The position numbers and the translations under genes are program-made. From an uncultured Oscillospiraceae bacterium (GTDB taxonomy: Bacteria > Bacillota > Clostridia > Saccharofermentanales > Fastidiosipilaceae): a stretch of DNA of 64,000 nucleotides. Below the pieces are notes generated by a model. It saw only the letters and a program-made list of their open reading frames with translations. It was not told where the DNA came from and did not search any database. The stretch spans positions 8,597-72,596 of the forward strand of contig CAZAPS010000003.1 in the NCBI GenBank assembly GCA_964487355.1. Direction: 5' to 3'. This document shows, one piece after another, positions 47,151 to 55,810 of this stretch (its first letter is position 1; every line of letters starts with the position of its first letter).

Positions 47151-48755
47151 CTAAAAATAAAGACGGCTGACTCTCAGCACACCTTCTTGTTTCATCAATT
47201 CATCAATCACCTCGTCTTCGACAGGTGTGTCCACACAGACAAAGGCCTGCGCGTGATGGTTGACATTTTTCACCGCCCAAATCAAATTGGAGATATTAAT
47301 GTTAAAGTTTCCAAGAACCGTGCCAACCCGGCCGATCACACCCGGAATGTCATCATTTTGCAGCGCAAGCATGTATGGCGTAAGCGGGATGTTGACGTTG
47401 TATCCAAAGAAGTCCACCAGCACCTGAATCTCAGACCCAACAATTGAACCACTGACACTCAGCACTTTGCCGGTATCCTGCGTGAATTCGACTGTGATCA
47501 GATTCTCATAGCGTGTACAGGCGCTGGCTTTGTCTTCCAGCACTTTAATACCCATTTCCTCAACGTTTTGACGCACATTGACAAAACTAATGCGATTTTC
47601 GGAAATCGGTGTCAAAAAACCTTTCAATATGGACAGCGTCAGCAGGCCGGTCTCCTCGGTCATCAATGTGCCACAATAAGTGATCTTGATCCTTGTGACC
47701 GTTTTATTTTCCGCTTGAAAATAAATACTGCCGAGGCGTTCGCAAAGACGGATAAACGGTTTCATCTGGTCGGCGCTGCCGCTGACCGGAGGCATGTTGA
47801 CCGCCGGCACCATTTCACCTTTAAGCGCGCGGGCGATGATGTCAGTCACACCAAATCCAACTCGTGCGGCGGCCTCTGTCGTCGACGCGCCCAAATGCGG
47901 GGTGTACGTGAAGTTGTCCAGGTCCAGCAAAGGACTGTGAAAGTCCTGCTCTTCCGGTGTTTTAGTGAATTTGGGTTCGCTGGAGAGGACATCCATCGCG
48001 GCGGAAGCCACCTGTCCCGACACCAGCGCGTCATGTAAATCCTGTTCATTGACCAGCCCGCCACGGGCGGCGTTGACCAGCCGAACACCTTTTTTACAAA
48101 GAGCGAATTGCGGCGCGCTCAGCATGTTGGTTGTCTCTTTGGTTTTTGGCGTGTGGACGGAGATCAGGTCGACCAGCGGCAATAATTCCTCCAACGTCTC
48201 ACAATATGTCACATTGAAATATTCCATGCGCTGTCTCGTCACAAAAGGATCGTACGCGAGCACTTTCATACCAAGGCCCTGCAATTTAGTAGCGACTCCC
48301 TGAGCGATTCGACCAAATCCGATCACACCGGCGATCTTGCCCTCCAGTTCATTTCCAACCATGCCACCGCGACGAAAATCCGCGCGGCGCGCTTTCATGT
48401 TGGCTTCGCCAATGTTGCGAAACGCCGAGAACGCCAGTCCTACCGCCAGCTCGGCGGCGGCGTTGGTGTTCGCGTCAGGTGTGTTGCAGACCAAAATACC
48501 TTTGGCGGTGCAGGCGGGGATGTCGATGTTGTCCACACCGGTTCCGGCGCGTCCGACGATCTTCAAGTCAACCGCGCGCGCCAACAAAGCAGCGTCGACA
48601 GTGGTCGCGCTACGCACGATCAAAGCGTCAAATCCGGGAATCATCTCACACAATTCTTCTGCCGTCTTGCCCTCGACCTCAACGACCTCGACGTCTTGAG
48701 AACGGAGCAGATCCAAAGCGTCCGGAGCGATTTTTTCGGGAACTAAAACTTTCAT
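47151..48755 (-). CDS. serA: D-3-phosphoglycerate dehydrogenase (long form with C-terminal regulatory domains)
   Basis: 534 aa. It has a 2-hydroxyacid dehydrogenase Rossmann motif (GVIGFGRIAQGVA) and a C-terminal ACT-like region. Its start overlaps the upstream stop (ATGA). Confidence 0.9.
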   Translation of the reverse strand: MKVLVPEKIAPDALDLLRSQDVEVVEVEGKTAEELCEMIPGFDALIVRSATTVDAALLARAVDLKIVGRAGTGVDNIDIPACTAKGILVCNTPDANTNAAAELAVGLAFSAFRNIGEANMKARRADFRRGGMVGNELEGKIAGVIGFGRIAQGVATKLQGLGMKVLAYDPFVTRQRMEYFNVTYCETLEELLPLVDLISVHTPKTKETTNMLSAPQFALCKKGVRLVNAARGGLVNEQDLHDALVSGQVASAAMDVLSSEPKFTKTPEEQDFHSPLLDLDNFTYTPHLGASTTEAAARVGFGVTDIIARALKGEMVPAVNMPPVSGSADQMKPFIRLCERLGSIYFQAENKTVTRIKITYCGTLMTEETGLLTLSILKGFLTPISENRISFVNVRQNVEEMGIKVLEDKASACTRYENLITVEFTQDTGKVLSVSGSIVGSEIQVLVDFFGYNVNIPLTPYMLALQNDDIPGVIGRVGTVLGNFNINISNLIWAVKNVNHHAQAFVCVDTPVEDEVIDELMKQEGVLRVSRLYF

Positions 48756-49831
48756 GCCTGCATCTCCTTAACAACGGTATCAATGGTGTTCAGCAATGCC
48801 TCCAGCTCGTCCATGGTCGTGTCCGCCATGTGCGCGATGCGGAAGGTTTTGTCTTTCAGCGCGCCATATCCGTTGGAAATCGAATATCCTCGCTCACCCA
48901 GCAGCCGATTTAAATCAGAAACCGAGAGGTTATTTGTATTTGTGATGCAGGTAACAGTCTGTGAAAGATGCGCGGGGTCAGAATAGAGCGCATAGTTCTC
49001 AGTCGCCCATTCACGTACCCGGTCCGCCATTTTGCGATGACGGTCGAAACGATTGTCCAAGCCTTCTTCTAAAATATAGTCCAACTGAGCGTCCAGGGCG
49101 AACATATGAGACAAAGAAGGAGTGCTGGGGTATTGGTATGGTTTTTCTTCCACAAATCGGGCGAGCTCCACAAAGTCAAAATACAGACCTCTGTGTTCGA
49201 CGGTCTTGGCGTGTTCCAACGCTTTTTGTGAAAACGAACAAAATGACATGCCGGGCGGCAACCCGATGCATTTTTGCGTGGAGGTGATACAAATATCGAT
49301 ACCCAGTCGATCCACCTCGATCTTGTCTCCACCCAGAGAACTGACGGCGTCGACCAGCCAGATCACATCCGGATATTTACGGATGACGGCGGACAACTCG
49401 TCCATGGGGTTCGCGACGCCGGTCGCGGTCTCATTGTGCGTAATGGTGATCACATCATATTTTCCGGTCGCCAAAACCTCATCCACCTGCGCGGGATCTG
49501 TCGCCTGACCGAGCTGCGCGCTAAATTTGTCCGCGGGGACATTGTTGGCGGTGCACATTTTATACCAGCGATCGCCAAACGCGCCGATCGAAAACACAGC
49601 CGCTCTTTTTGCGGTACATGATCGCACTGCTCCTTCCATCAATCCCGATCCGGACGATGTGGAAATGAGGATCATGTTCTCCGTATACATCAACTTACGG
49701 ATCTTGTCCGATATTGATTGTTGCAACTTCGTGGCGTCTTTGGTGCGATGACCGATCATCGGTTTAGACATTTTCTCCAGTACCTCTTGGCGCACGTCAA
49801 CCGGTCCGGGTATGAAAAGTCTTTTGTGCAT
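48752..49831 (-). CDS. Class V PLP aminotransferase (serine-pyruvate/phosphoserine aminotransferase type)
   Basis: 359 aa with the PLP-Lys context TSTQKCIGLPPG. It is translationally coupled to serA, so a phosphoserine aminotransferase role is likely. Confidence 0.75.
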   Translation of the reverse strand: MHKRLFIPGPVDVRQEVLEKMSKPMIGHRTKDATKLQQSISDKIRKLMYTENMILISTSSGSGLMEGAVRSCTAKRAAVFSIGAFGDRWYKMCTANNVPADKFSAQLGQATDPAQVDEVLATGKYDVITITHNETATGVANPMDELSAVIRKYPDVIWLVDAVSSLGGDKIEVDRLGIDICITSTQKCIGLPPGMSFCSFSQKALEHAKTVEHRGLYFDFVELARFVEEKPYQYPSTPSLSHMFALDAQLDYILEEGLDNRFDRHRKMADRVREWATENYALYSDPAHLSQTVTCITNTNNLSVSDLNRLLGERGYSISNGYGALKDKTFRIAHMADTTMDELEALLNTIDTVVKEMQA

Positions 49832-50010
49832 AGTATCTCTCCTTCATTTTCTACCGGCTCGGACATCGCTCGTGTCACCACGGTTCCGAACCTCGCAAAC
49901 CTGCAATCCTACTTAAAAATTCTTAATTCTTGCCCAAAATCCAGTGCTTGGGCATGGTCGCGATCCACCAAACTTTACCGAATTATTATACACCAAATTT
50001 AACATCGAAC

Positions 50011-50049
50011 AAAAAAATGGCCGCTTCTTTGCTGCAAGAAGCGGTCCAT
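50011..50049 (-). terminator. Terminator of the LysM-protein gene
   Basis: GGACCGCTTCTT..AAGAAGCGGCC hairpin on the minus strand, followed by ATTTTTTT. Confidence 0.65.
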
Positions 50050-50142
50050 TTCATAGTTGTATCAACACTTGATCAAAATTTCATTTATTTTCAGCAGTTC
50101 AATGACTGAGCGAACCAATTTTGATCATTTTTTGATTGTTCA

Positions 50143-52458
50143 TTACGGAACAACGATCACATCACCGGGCGACAGCACCCAGTTGATCGTATCTTCCGCC
50201 TTCGAATAGGAATGACCGTTGGCGGCCGCGATCTCCAACATCTTCGCCTCGACATCGGAGTCCGGATAGAACTTGCGAGCGATCGCGTATACAGAGTCAC
50301 CCGAAACGATCGTGTACGTCCGCTGCTCAGCGGCCGTGGTCGGAGCTTCAGTGGTGGTCGTGGTTGGAGCCTCGGTCGTGGTCGTAGTTGGAGCCTCGGT
50401 CGTGGTTGTGGTCGTCTCTTCCTCGGTCGTGGTCGTCGTCTCTTCCTCAGTCGTGGTGATCTCACTGACGATGGAGCCGGGTTCGGCCGTGGTCGTCGAG
50501 CCGGTGATCAGCGTTGACTGATTGGTCAACGGCGAGATGGTGGTCGGCGTCGTGATCGAGTCGGTCGCTCCACCTGTGGCCAGAGAGTAGATAATAAAGC
50601 CCAGCAACACACCGGCGATGACAATCAGGACAATGACCGCGATCAGTTTGCCGCGGGACTTGTCCTTCGGCTCCACGCCGTCCGGTGTCTCCTCATAATC
50701 ATCTTCAAGATCAAAGTCGGCATAGGTCATCGGCAGTTCGTCTTGAACCACGTCTTCTTCCTTGTCGTCAAAGTCATACGCCAGATCGTCATCTGTCCAC
50801 CCATCCGTCTCGTCATCCGACCAGCCGTCAGAATCATCCGGATCAGCGTAGATCTCATCATCATCATCGGTGTCGATCAGATCGGGCCGCTCGTCATCCG
50901 CGACCTCTTGAGCAAGACTTTCACCGTCAGACTCAACAGGTTGAACCTGAAAAGCGTATTTCATCGTCTCATCTGTGGACGGGATCGCTTCATCCTGCGC
51001 GTCGGCCGATTGCTTCTTTTGATTCAGTAGATCAAAGGCCGCGCCAAAACCCAAGGGTCGCTGCAACTCCGTCTCGACGGCGTCGGTCACACCCTCCTCG
51101 ATGGCAGGCGTCACCTGATCTGAAGTCATGTCCTCAGCGACAACAGTTGGCGCTTCTTCTAACGTCTCAGTTGGAATTGGCTCAGAATGCTCGGTGTCGG
51201 GAAGTTCAGAGTCACCGACCCGGTCTTCCGTGAAGTATTTTGCCGCCGCCGCGGACACGGAAACTTCGGCCGCTCCAGCCACCTCCTCCGGTTCGATCTC
51301 GGCGGGCTCTGAATCCGGCAGATCCAGTTCATCCAGCTCACTTTCATCAATCTTCTCATCCGCTTCGAAAGGATCCACCTTCCACGCCGATTCATCCACG
51401 GTGGGGACGGTGTCTGCCCGCATCGGTTCATCAGCAGCGGAGATCGCATCCTCCCGTGTCGGCTCATCCGCGGTCGTTTCGTGCGGCTTCGCCACTTCAG
51501 AGGCCCATCCGGCGGCCGCTCCCATTCCAGCGGCTGCCGCGGCGATTTGGCTGCGCTCCGCGGCGCTGAGCGCTCCGGTCGTCCTTTGAGCTTTATTGAT
51601 CTTCACCGGACCGGTTTGCGCCGCGAAACCCTTGCCAAGTGTGTCCCTGACATTGATGCCCTTGGACAGTGTGTTACGCCCAACTCGATCCAGTGGTTCG
51701 ATTTCTTCGACAAAGCTGATCACGATCTGCATCGAAACATTCGGTATCAGGCGCACCGCCTCGCTCATGATCATCCCGGCCGCGTCACTTTGATCCTCGG
51801 CCTCGTCAAGCAGGCGCAACATGCCCTTTTGACCGACCGCCTCCATCACTTCACGATTACAGACGATCAGACAGTCATCCGGTTTTAATTGAGCGATATT
51901 TGAATAGCGAATCGATCCCGCGATACCTGCCGCGAAGTCGTTCATATTATTGATTTGACGACCCGCGGTGTCGATCGGCTCCAGCGGATAGTCATCTTCA
52001 GTCAGCGCGAAAATGGCTTCGTCACGGTATAGGTAGGCACATCCTCTTCCTAAAGTGACCGCCGCCATCTCTCCGTCTTTGACGATAATCCCTGAAAAAT
52101 ACGGCGGACTGACTCCCTTATCTGAAAGTGTGAGTCGCCCGGCCACGTTGACCGCGCTTTCGGCGAGCTCGTTGATTTCATAATCTATGTTGTGTCTGTG
52201 ATTTTTCTTTAGATCATTGGCGATGGCGTCCAAGATCGCCCGATTGCCGTCATTTCCATCGGCCGGAGTTTTAGACCCATGCGTCGAGGCGTATACCGCG
52301 ATAAACGCGCCGCGATCCGTTCTATCAAGTGTTAGATCAGCAAAAAGCTCTTCGCGTTTGCCACTGATACGGCCGTCCAGATAAAAAGCATCAATGGCTC
52401 CAACCGTAGGTGTGTATCGTGCCGCGATTGTTGTCGCTAAACGCGTATTACTCGCCAT
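50143..52458 (-). CDS. Multidomain membrane protein: degenerate PP2C-like domain, acidic linker, TM helix, Thr-rich repeats, C-terminal LysM
   Basis: 771 aa. The LysM is clear (YTIVSGDSVYAIARKF...VLSPGDVIVVP), as is the TM helix (LIAVIVLIVIAGVLLGFIIYSLA). The N-terminal ~270 aa are collinear with PPM phosphatase blocks but lack the metal-binding Asp residues (see findings). Confidence 0.7.
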   Translation of the reverse strand: MASNTRLATTIAARYTPTVGAIDAFYLDGRISGKREELFADLTLDRTDRGAFIAVYASTHGSKTPADGNDGNRAILDAIANDLKKNHRHNIDYEINELAESAVNVAGRLTLSDKGVSPPYFSGIIVKDGEMAAVTLGRGCAYLYRDEAIFALTEDDYPLEPIDTAGRQINNMNDFAAGIAGSIRYSNIAQLKPDDCLIVCNREVMEAVGQKGMLRLLDEAEDQSDAAGMIMSEAVRLIPNVSMQIVISFVEEIEPLDRVGRNTLSKGINVRDTLGKGFAAQTGPVKINKAQRTTGALSAAERSQIAAAAAGMGAAAGWASEVAKPHETTADEPTREDAISAADEPMRADTVPTVDESAWKVDPFEADEKIDESELDELDLPDSEPAEIEPEEVAGAAEVSVSAAAAKYFTEDRVGDSELPDTEHSEPIPTETLEEAPTVVAEDMTSDQVTPAIEEGVTDAVETELQRPLGFGAAFDLLNQKKQSADAQDEAIPSTDETMKYAFQVQPVESDGESLAQEVADDERPDLIDTDDDDEIYADPDDSDGWSDDETDGWTDDDLAYDFDDKEEDVVQDELPMTYADFDLEDDYEETPDGVEPKDKSRGKLIAVIVLIVIAGVLLGFIIYSLATGGATDSITTPTTISPLTNQSTLITGSTTTAEPGSIVSEITTTEEETTTTTEEETTTTTTEAPTTTTTEAPTTTTTEAPTTAAEQRTYTIVSGDSVYAIARKFYPDSDVEAKMLEIAAANGHSYSKAEDTINWVLSPGDVIVVP
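50342..50460 (-). repeat. In-frame tandem ~24-nt coding repeats (EAPTTTTT x3, EETTTTT x2)
   Basis: Plus-strand units GGAGC(T/C)TC(A/G)GT(G/C)GTGGTCGT(G/A)GTT repeat three times, followed by two CTCTTCCTC(G/A)GTCGTGGT.. units. Confidence 0.85.
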
Positions 52459-52589
52459 TATTGTCCTCCCAAATTATACAAGACAAAAGTCTTTACAAAC
52501 TCAACTCACATTTTTAGAGCTAAGCTTCGCTATTATTTATTGAGATATTATATCATAAGAAGAACAATGGAAATGGAGAAATCAAGATT

Positions 52590-53870
52590 TTGAGTCAAGG
52601 TAACAAGAATGTGTACAACACGACAATCGTCGTCATAGGAGGCGGAGCCGCCGGATTGGCCGCCGCTGTGAATGCCGCGAAAAGCGAGTTTTCGGTCACC
52701 ATGCTTGATCAAAATGAGCAATTTGGCGCGAAGCTGTTGCTGACGGGTGGAGGTCACTGCAATTTCTCTCACGCCGGAACAGTCGAAGACCTGGTTGCGG
52801 GGTTTCATGGTCAAGGTCGCTTTTTATACTCAGCCCTGTCAAAATACGGCAGAGACGAATATATCCGTTTCTTAAATGGTTGTGGGATCCAAGCGAAAAG
52901 CGACTCATCGGGACGTTGGTTGCCGAGCGATGGGCGGGCGACGGACGTGCGCGACGCTTTTGTGAAGCGCGCGCGACAACTGGGGGTTCAGCAACTGATG
53001 TCCATGCGCGCACGAACGATCGAACGGGTGGGCGACACATGGGTCTTGGGTCTGCAAGCAAATGACTCTCATCCAAGGCTGACCGCGCGCGCGGTGATCG
53101 TCGCGACCGGGACCGCGGCCTACCCTTCCGTCGGTGGGAACCGTGACGGACTGGAGCTGGCCAGGCAAACCGGCCACTCCATCATCAATCTGTCAGCGGC
53201 GTTGGCCCCAATCAAAACCAATGAAAGCTGGGTACCGGAACTTGCCGGGGTTACTTTGTCCGACTGTGGGCTCGGCATACGAAGACGTGGCGAAAAAATA
53301 CTGGAGCAGGCACGAGGCGAACTGCTGTTCGCTCATTTCGGACTGACCGGTCCATTGCCGCTCAGTCTCTCTCGTTGGATCGACAAACCGGCAATCTGGG
53401 AAGTCGTGTTGGATTTTGTTCCGGAACAAAATGAAGAACTGATTTATCAGCAATTGACGCACATGGCCACGGACCAACCGAGAGCGCTATTGCGCAATCA
53501 GCTCCGACTCTTCATACCACGCTCGGTGGCGGAAATCTTATTGACACAGGCGGGTATGCCAAAGTACGCGTCGGCCAATGAAATCAGCAAGAAAAACTAC
53601 CGCCGACTTGCCGAAACTCTTAAACGCTGTGTGTTGACTTCCAACGGACCGGTCGCTGCGGAAACCGGAATGACATGCAGAGGCGGCGTGTCTTTGGCCG
53701 ATGTGTCGTCAAGAACAATGATGTCAAAACAACAGCCCGGTTTATTTTTCGCCGGAGATCTACTGGACATCGACGGACACAGCGGAGGTTATAACCTACA
53801 AGCCGCGTTTTCAACCGGGATGCTGGCGGCGGAAGGGGCGGTGACCTGGCTGCGAGAATCCAATCAATGA
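52590..53870 (+). CDS. HI0933/BaiN-like FAD-dependent oxidoreductase
   Basis: 426 aa with dinucleotide fold VVIGGGAAGLAAA and a family-typical C-terminus (GLFFAGDLLDIDGHSGGYNLQAAFSTG). It uses a TTG start (GTG at 52611 is an alternative). Confidence 0.8.
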   Translation: MSQGNKNVYNTTIVVIGGGAAGLAAAVNAAKSEFSVTMLDQNEQFGAKLLLTGGGHCNFSHAGTVEDLVAGFHGQGRFLYSALSKYGRDEYIRFLNGCGIQAKSDSSGRWLPSDGRATDVRDAFVKRARQLGVQQLMSMRARTIERVGDTWVLGLQANDSHPRLTARAVIVATGTAAYPSVGGNRDGLELARQTGHSIINLSAALAPIKTNESWVPELAGVTLSDCGLGIRRRGEKILEQARGELLFAHFGLTGPLPLSLSRWIDKPAIWEVVLDFVPEQNEELIYQQLTHMATDQPRALLRNQLRLFIPRSVAEILLTQAGMPKYASANEISKKNYRRLAETLKRCVLTSNGPVAAETGMTCRGGVSLADVSSRTMMSKQQPGLFFAGDLLDIDGHSGGYNLQAAFSTGMLAAEGAVTWLRESNQ

Positions 53871-53892
53871 CAGCAGATCTTGTGTAAATAAA

Positions 53893-53933
53893 CGGGAGGT
53901 CGGTGACCGACAAGTCACTCGACCTCCTGTTTC
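53893..53933. terminator. Bidirectional terminator
   Basis: GGAGGTCG / CGACCTCC stem with a 17-nt loop. Confidence 0.55.
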
Positions 53934-53983
53934 TAGAAGTATTGTTATGAACGGCCATCCCATCCAACCGGCTTCGCGCAATT

Positions 53984-54331
53984 TTATTTTTGCATTATAT
54001 GAATCGCGAAGCCTCCAAACTCACCGTTCAAATAAACATTTTTGATCGTGCCGTCGTCATTGTAGGCGGCGGTATCCATGTTAAACGCCAGGCCCTTCTC
54101 CTTGAGCTCCTCGACAGCGGCCGCGAGGTCTCGCGTACGCATGGCGATATGTCCATTTTTTCCAAGGAACGGAGTCTTCATGCATTCAAAATATTGACCT
54201 GCGAATTCCGACTTTTGACCATGTCTGGGTTCCAAATTGAATACCATGCTTAGCAACTCAGCCAGTTTGATCGCCTCGTCCGCATTCGCGGTGTTGATCC
54301 CAACGTGTTCGAGTTCAAATATGTTTTTCAT
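53984..54331 (-). CDS. Small VOC (glyoxalase/bleomycin-resistance fold) protein
   Basis: 115 aa. LEHVGINTANADEA...GHIAMRTRDL is a single beta-alpha-beta-beta-beta pair module. This is the last gene of the acid-sugar locus. Confidence 0.6.
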   Translation of the reverse strand: MKNIFELEHVGINTANADEAIKLAELLSMVFNLEPRHGQKSEFAGQYFECMKTPFLGKNGHIAMRTRDLAAAVEELKEKGLAFNMDTAAYNDDGTIKNVYLNGEFGGFAIHIMQK

Positions 54332-54366
54332 AAATGTGCCTTTCTTATACCCGGTGATTTTCCGGA

Positions 54367-55650
54367 TTATCTCATCGGGAACAACAACAGAGCGCCGGCT
54401 GACAGTGCCAACAAACGAATGAAATACATTGGAACCGTGAATTTCCAGAACTGTCTAATATTGTATTTTCCGGCTCCCATAATCATTGCCGGCATCCCGT
54501 CAATTGGCAGGAAGTGTCCACACCAGCCGGAGACCACTATGGCCGCCGCCGCCGCGATCGGGTTGAGGCCAAGGCTGATACAGGTTGAAATCGCCAACGG
54601 CGCGAAGATATAAACAGTACCGATCGTTGAGCCGGTCAAAGTTGCCAGCACACTTGTTAAAATACAAAACGCAAACACAAGAATGAATGGATTGATATTG
54701 TTTCCCAGTAGTTTGGCCACACTCTCTCCAACCAAAGCGGTCAATCCGGTCTCACCCAGCGCGTCCGCCACGCCAATCACACCGGCCGACATCAAAATGA
54801 TGGGCGCGCTGATGGCGTCACGAATCTCCGTGAAATCCAGCACCTTAAAGACCAGCAGCCCGGCCACACACAAGCCGGTGATTGAATAGCCGATATCACC
54901 CAGGCTACTTTGCAGGATCATGCCGACAACCGCGATCACAAAGAGCACATACGTCGCGTATTCCTGTTTTTTCGTTAAAGTCGTGTCCTCTTTTTGCTCG
55001 GTCGCGATACTCTCTTCAGAAGTGTCATCAAGCGGATGATCCGGCAGTAATTTATAAGAAATCAGGGACCAGGCGAGAAAAGATGCCGAAAGGATAAAAT
55101 TAACTACTGAAAACTTAACCAAAGAGACGTTGGCCATGACACCGCTGGTCTCCAGCACCGCCACCACGATTCCATATTGCAAGGCGACATTGAATGGAAT
55201 CAGCGGATGGTTCGCGGCGAAGCCGGCCGGCATCAGCACACGTGACGGCGGCAGACTTTTGCTGTAAGGCAGCGTTGAAAGCAGGCCAATTGTCAAGACG
55301 TAGTATGCTGTGGAGCCGGTTCCAAACAGACTGCAACCCAGCATGACAACCAAAATCATCAAAACATATGCTTTGAAACCACCCTTGCTTGACATGTTGA
55401 ACATGCCACGTTTAAACCGCCCAATAAAACTGGTCTTCTGCAAGGCGGCGATGATCGCCATAAATGAGGCGAGCATGATGATAGTGGGATTTGAGAAACC
55501 CCCGAACGCGGTTTTAAGATCGGTCACACCGAAAACAACCATTAACAGACATGCGATGAGCGGCGGTGCCCCGAATGGAATTTTGTCTCTCATGATTAGA
55601 ATAATCATGAAGACAGTGACGGCAAGCGCAATAATCATCGGAGTGGTCAT
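54367..55650 (-). CDS. CitMHS/SLC13 (ArsB/NhaD superfamily) anion permease
   Basis: 427 aa and polytopic. The N-terminus (IIALAVTVFMIILIMRDKIPFGAPPLIACLLMVVFGV...) is typical of citrate/dicarboxylate-type carriers. Confidence 0.65.
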   Translation of the reverse strand: MTTPMIIALAVTVFMIILIMRDKIPFGAPPLIACLLMVVFGVTDLKTAFGGFSNPTIIMLASFMAIIAALQKTSFIGRFKRGMFNMSSKGGFKAYVLMILVVMLGCSLFGTGSTAYYVLTIGLLSTLPYSKSLPPSRVLMPAGFAANHPLIPFNVALQYGIVVAVLETSGVMANVSLVKFSVVNFILSASFLAWSLISYKLLPDHPLDDTSEESIATEQKEDTTLTKKQEYATYVLFVIAVVGMILQSSLGDIGYSITGLCVAGLLVFKVLDFTEIRDAISAPIILMSAGVIGVADALGETGLTALVGESVAKLLGNNINPFILVFAFCILTSVLATLTGSTIGTVYIFAPLAISTCISLGLNPIAAAAAIVVSGWCGHFLPIDGMPAMIMGAGKYNIRQFWKFTVPMYFIRLLALSAGALLLFPMR

Positions 55651-55810
55651 GTTAACTACCTCCCTTTTCTTGACAAGTCATGTCTCGTACGCCGGCCCTT
55701 CTCAGTCGGGCACGGACATGCATGTCGGCCATTTGTTATGTATTGTTTATTTTGTGGGATGACAAATTCTGTCTGTCATGTAACGCAGATCCGGCGGTAC
55801 CAACTCACGG

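Noticed and set aside
49950-49973. T-box-like motif (minus strand TTTGGTGGATCGCGACC) upstream of the serC-like gene, followed by a TGCCCAA/TTGGGCA hairpin
   Set aside because: It sits only about 30-40 nt downstream of the upstream gene's terminator and the likely -10. That leaves no room for a stem I/specifier domain. The hairpin also lacks an adjacent U-tract.
50342-50460. Tandem 24-nt repeats considered as a non-coding repeat or mini-array
   Set aside because: They are in frame within a continuous 771-codon ORF and encode a Thr-rich stalk. There are no unique spacers, so this is not CRISPR-like.
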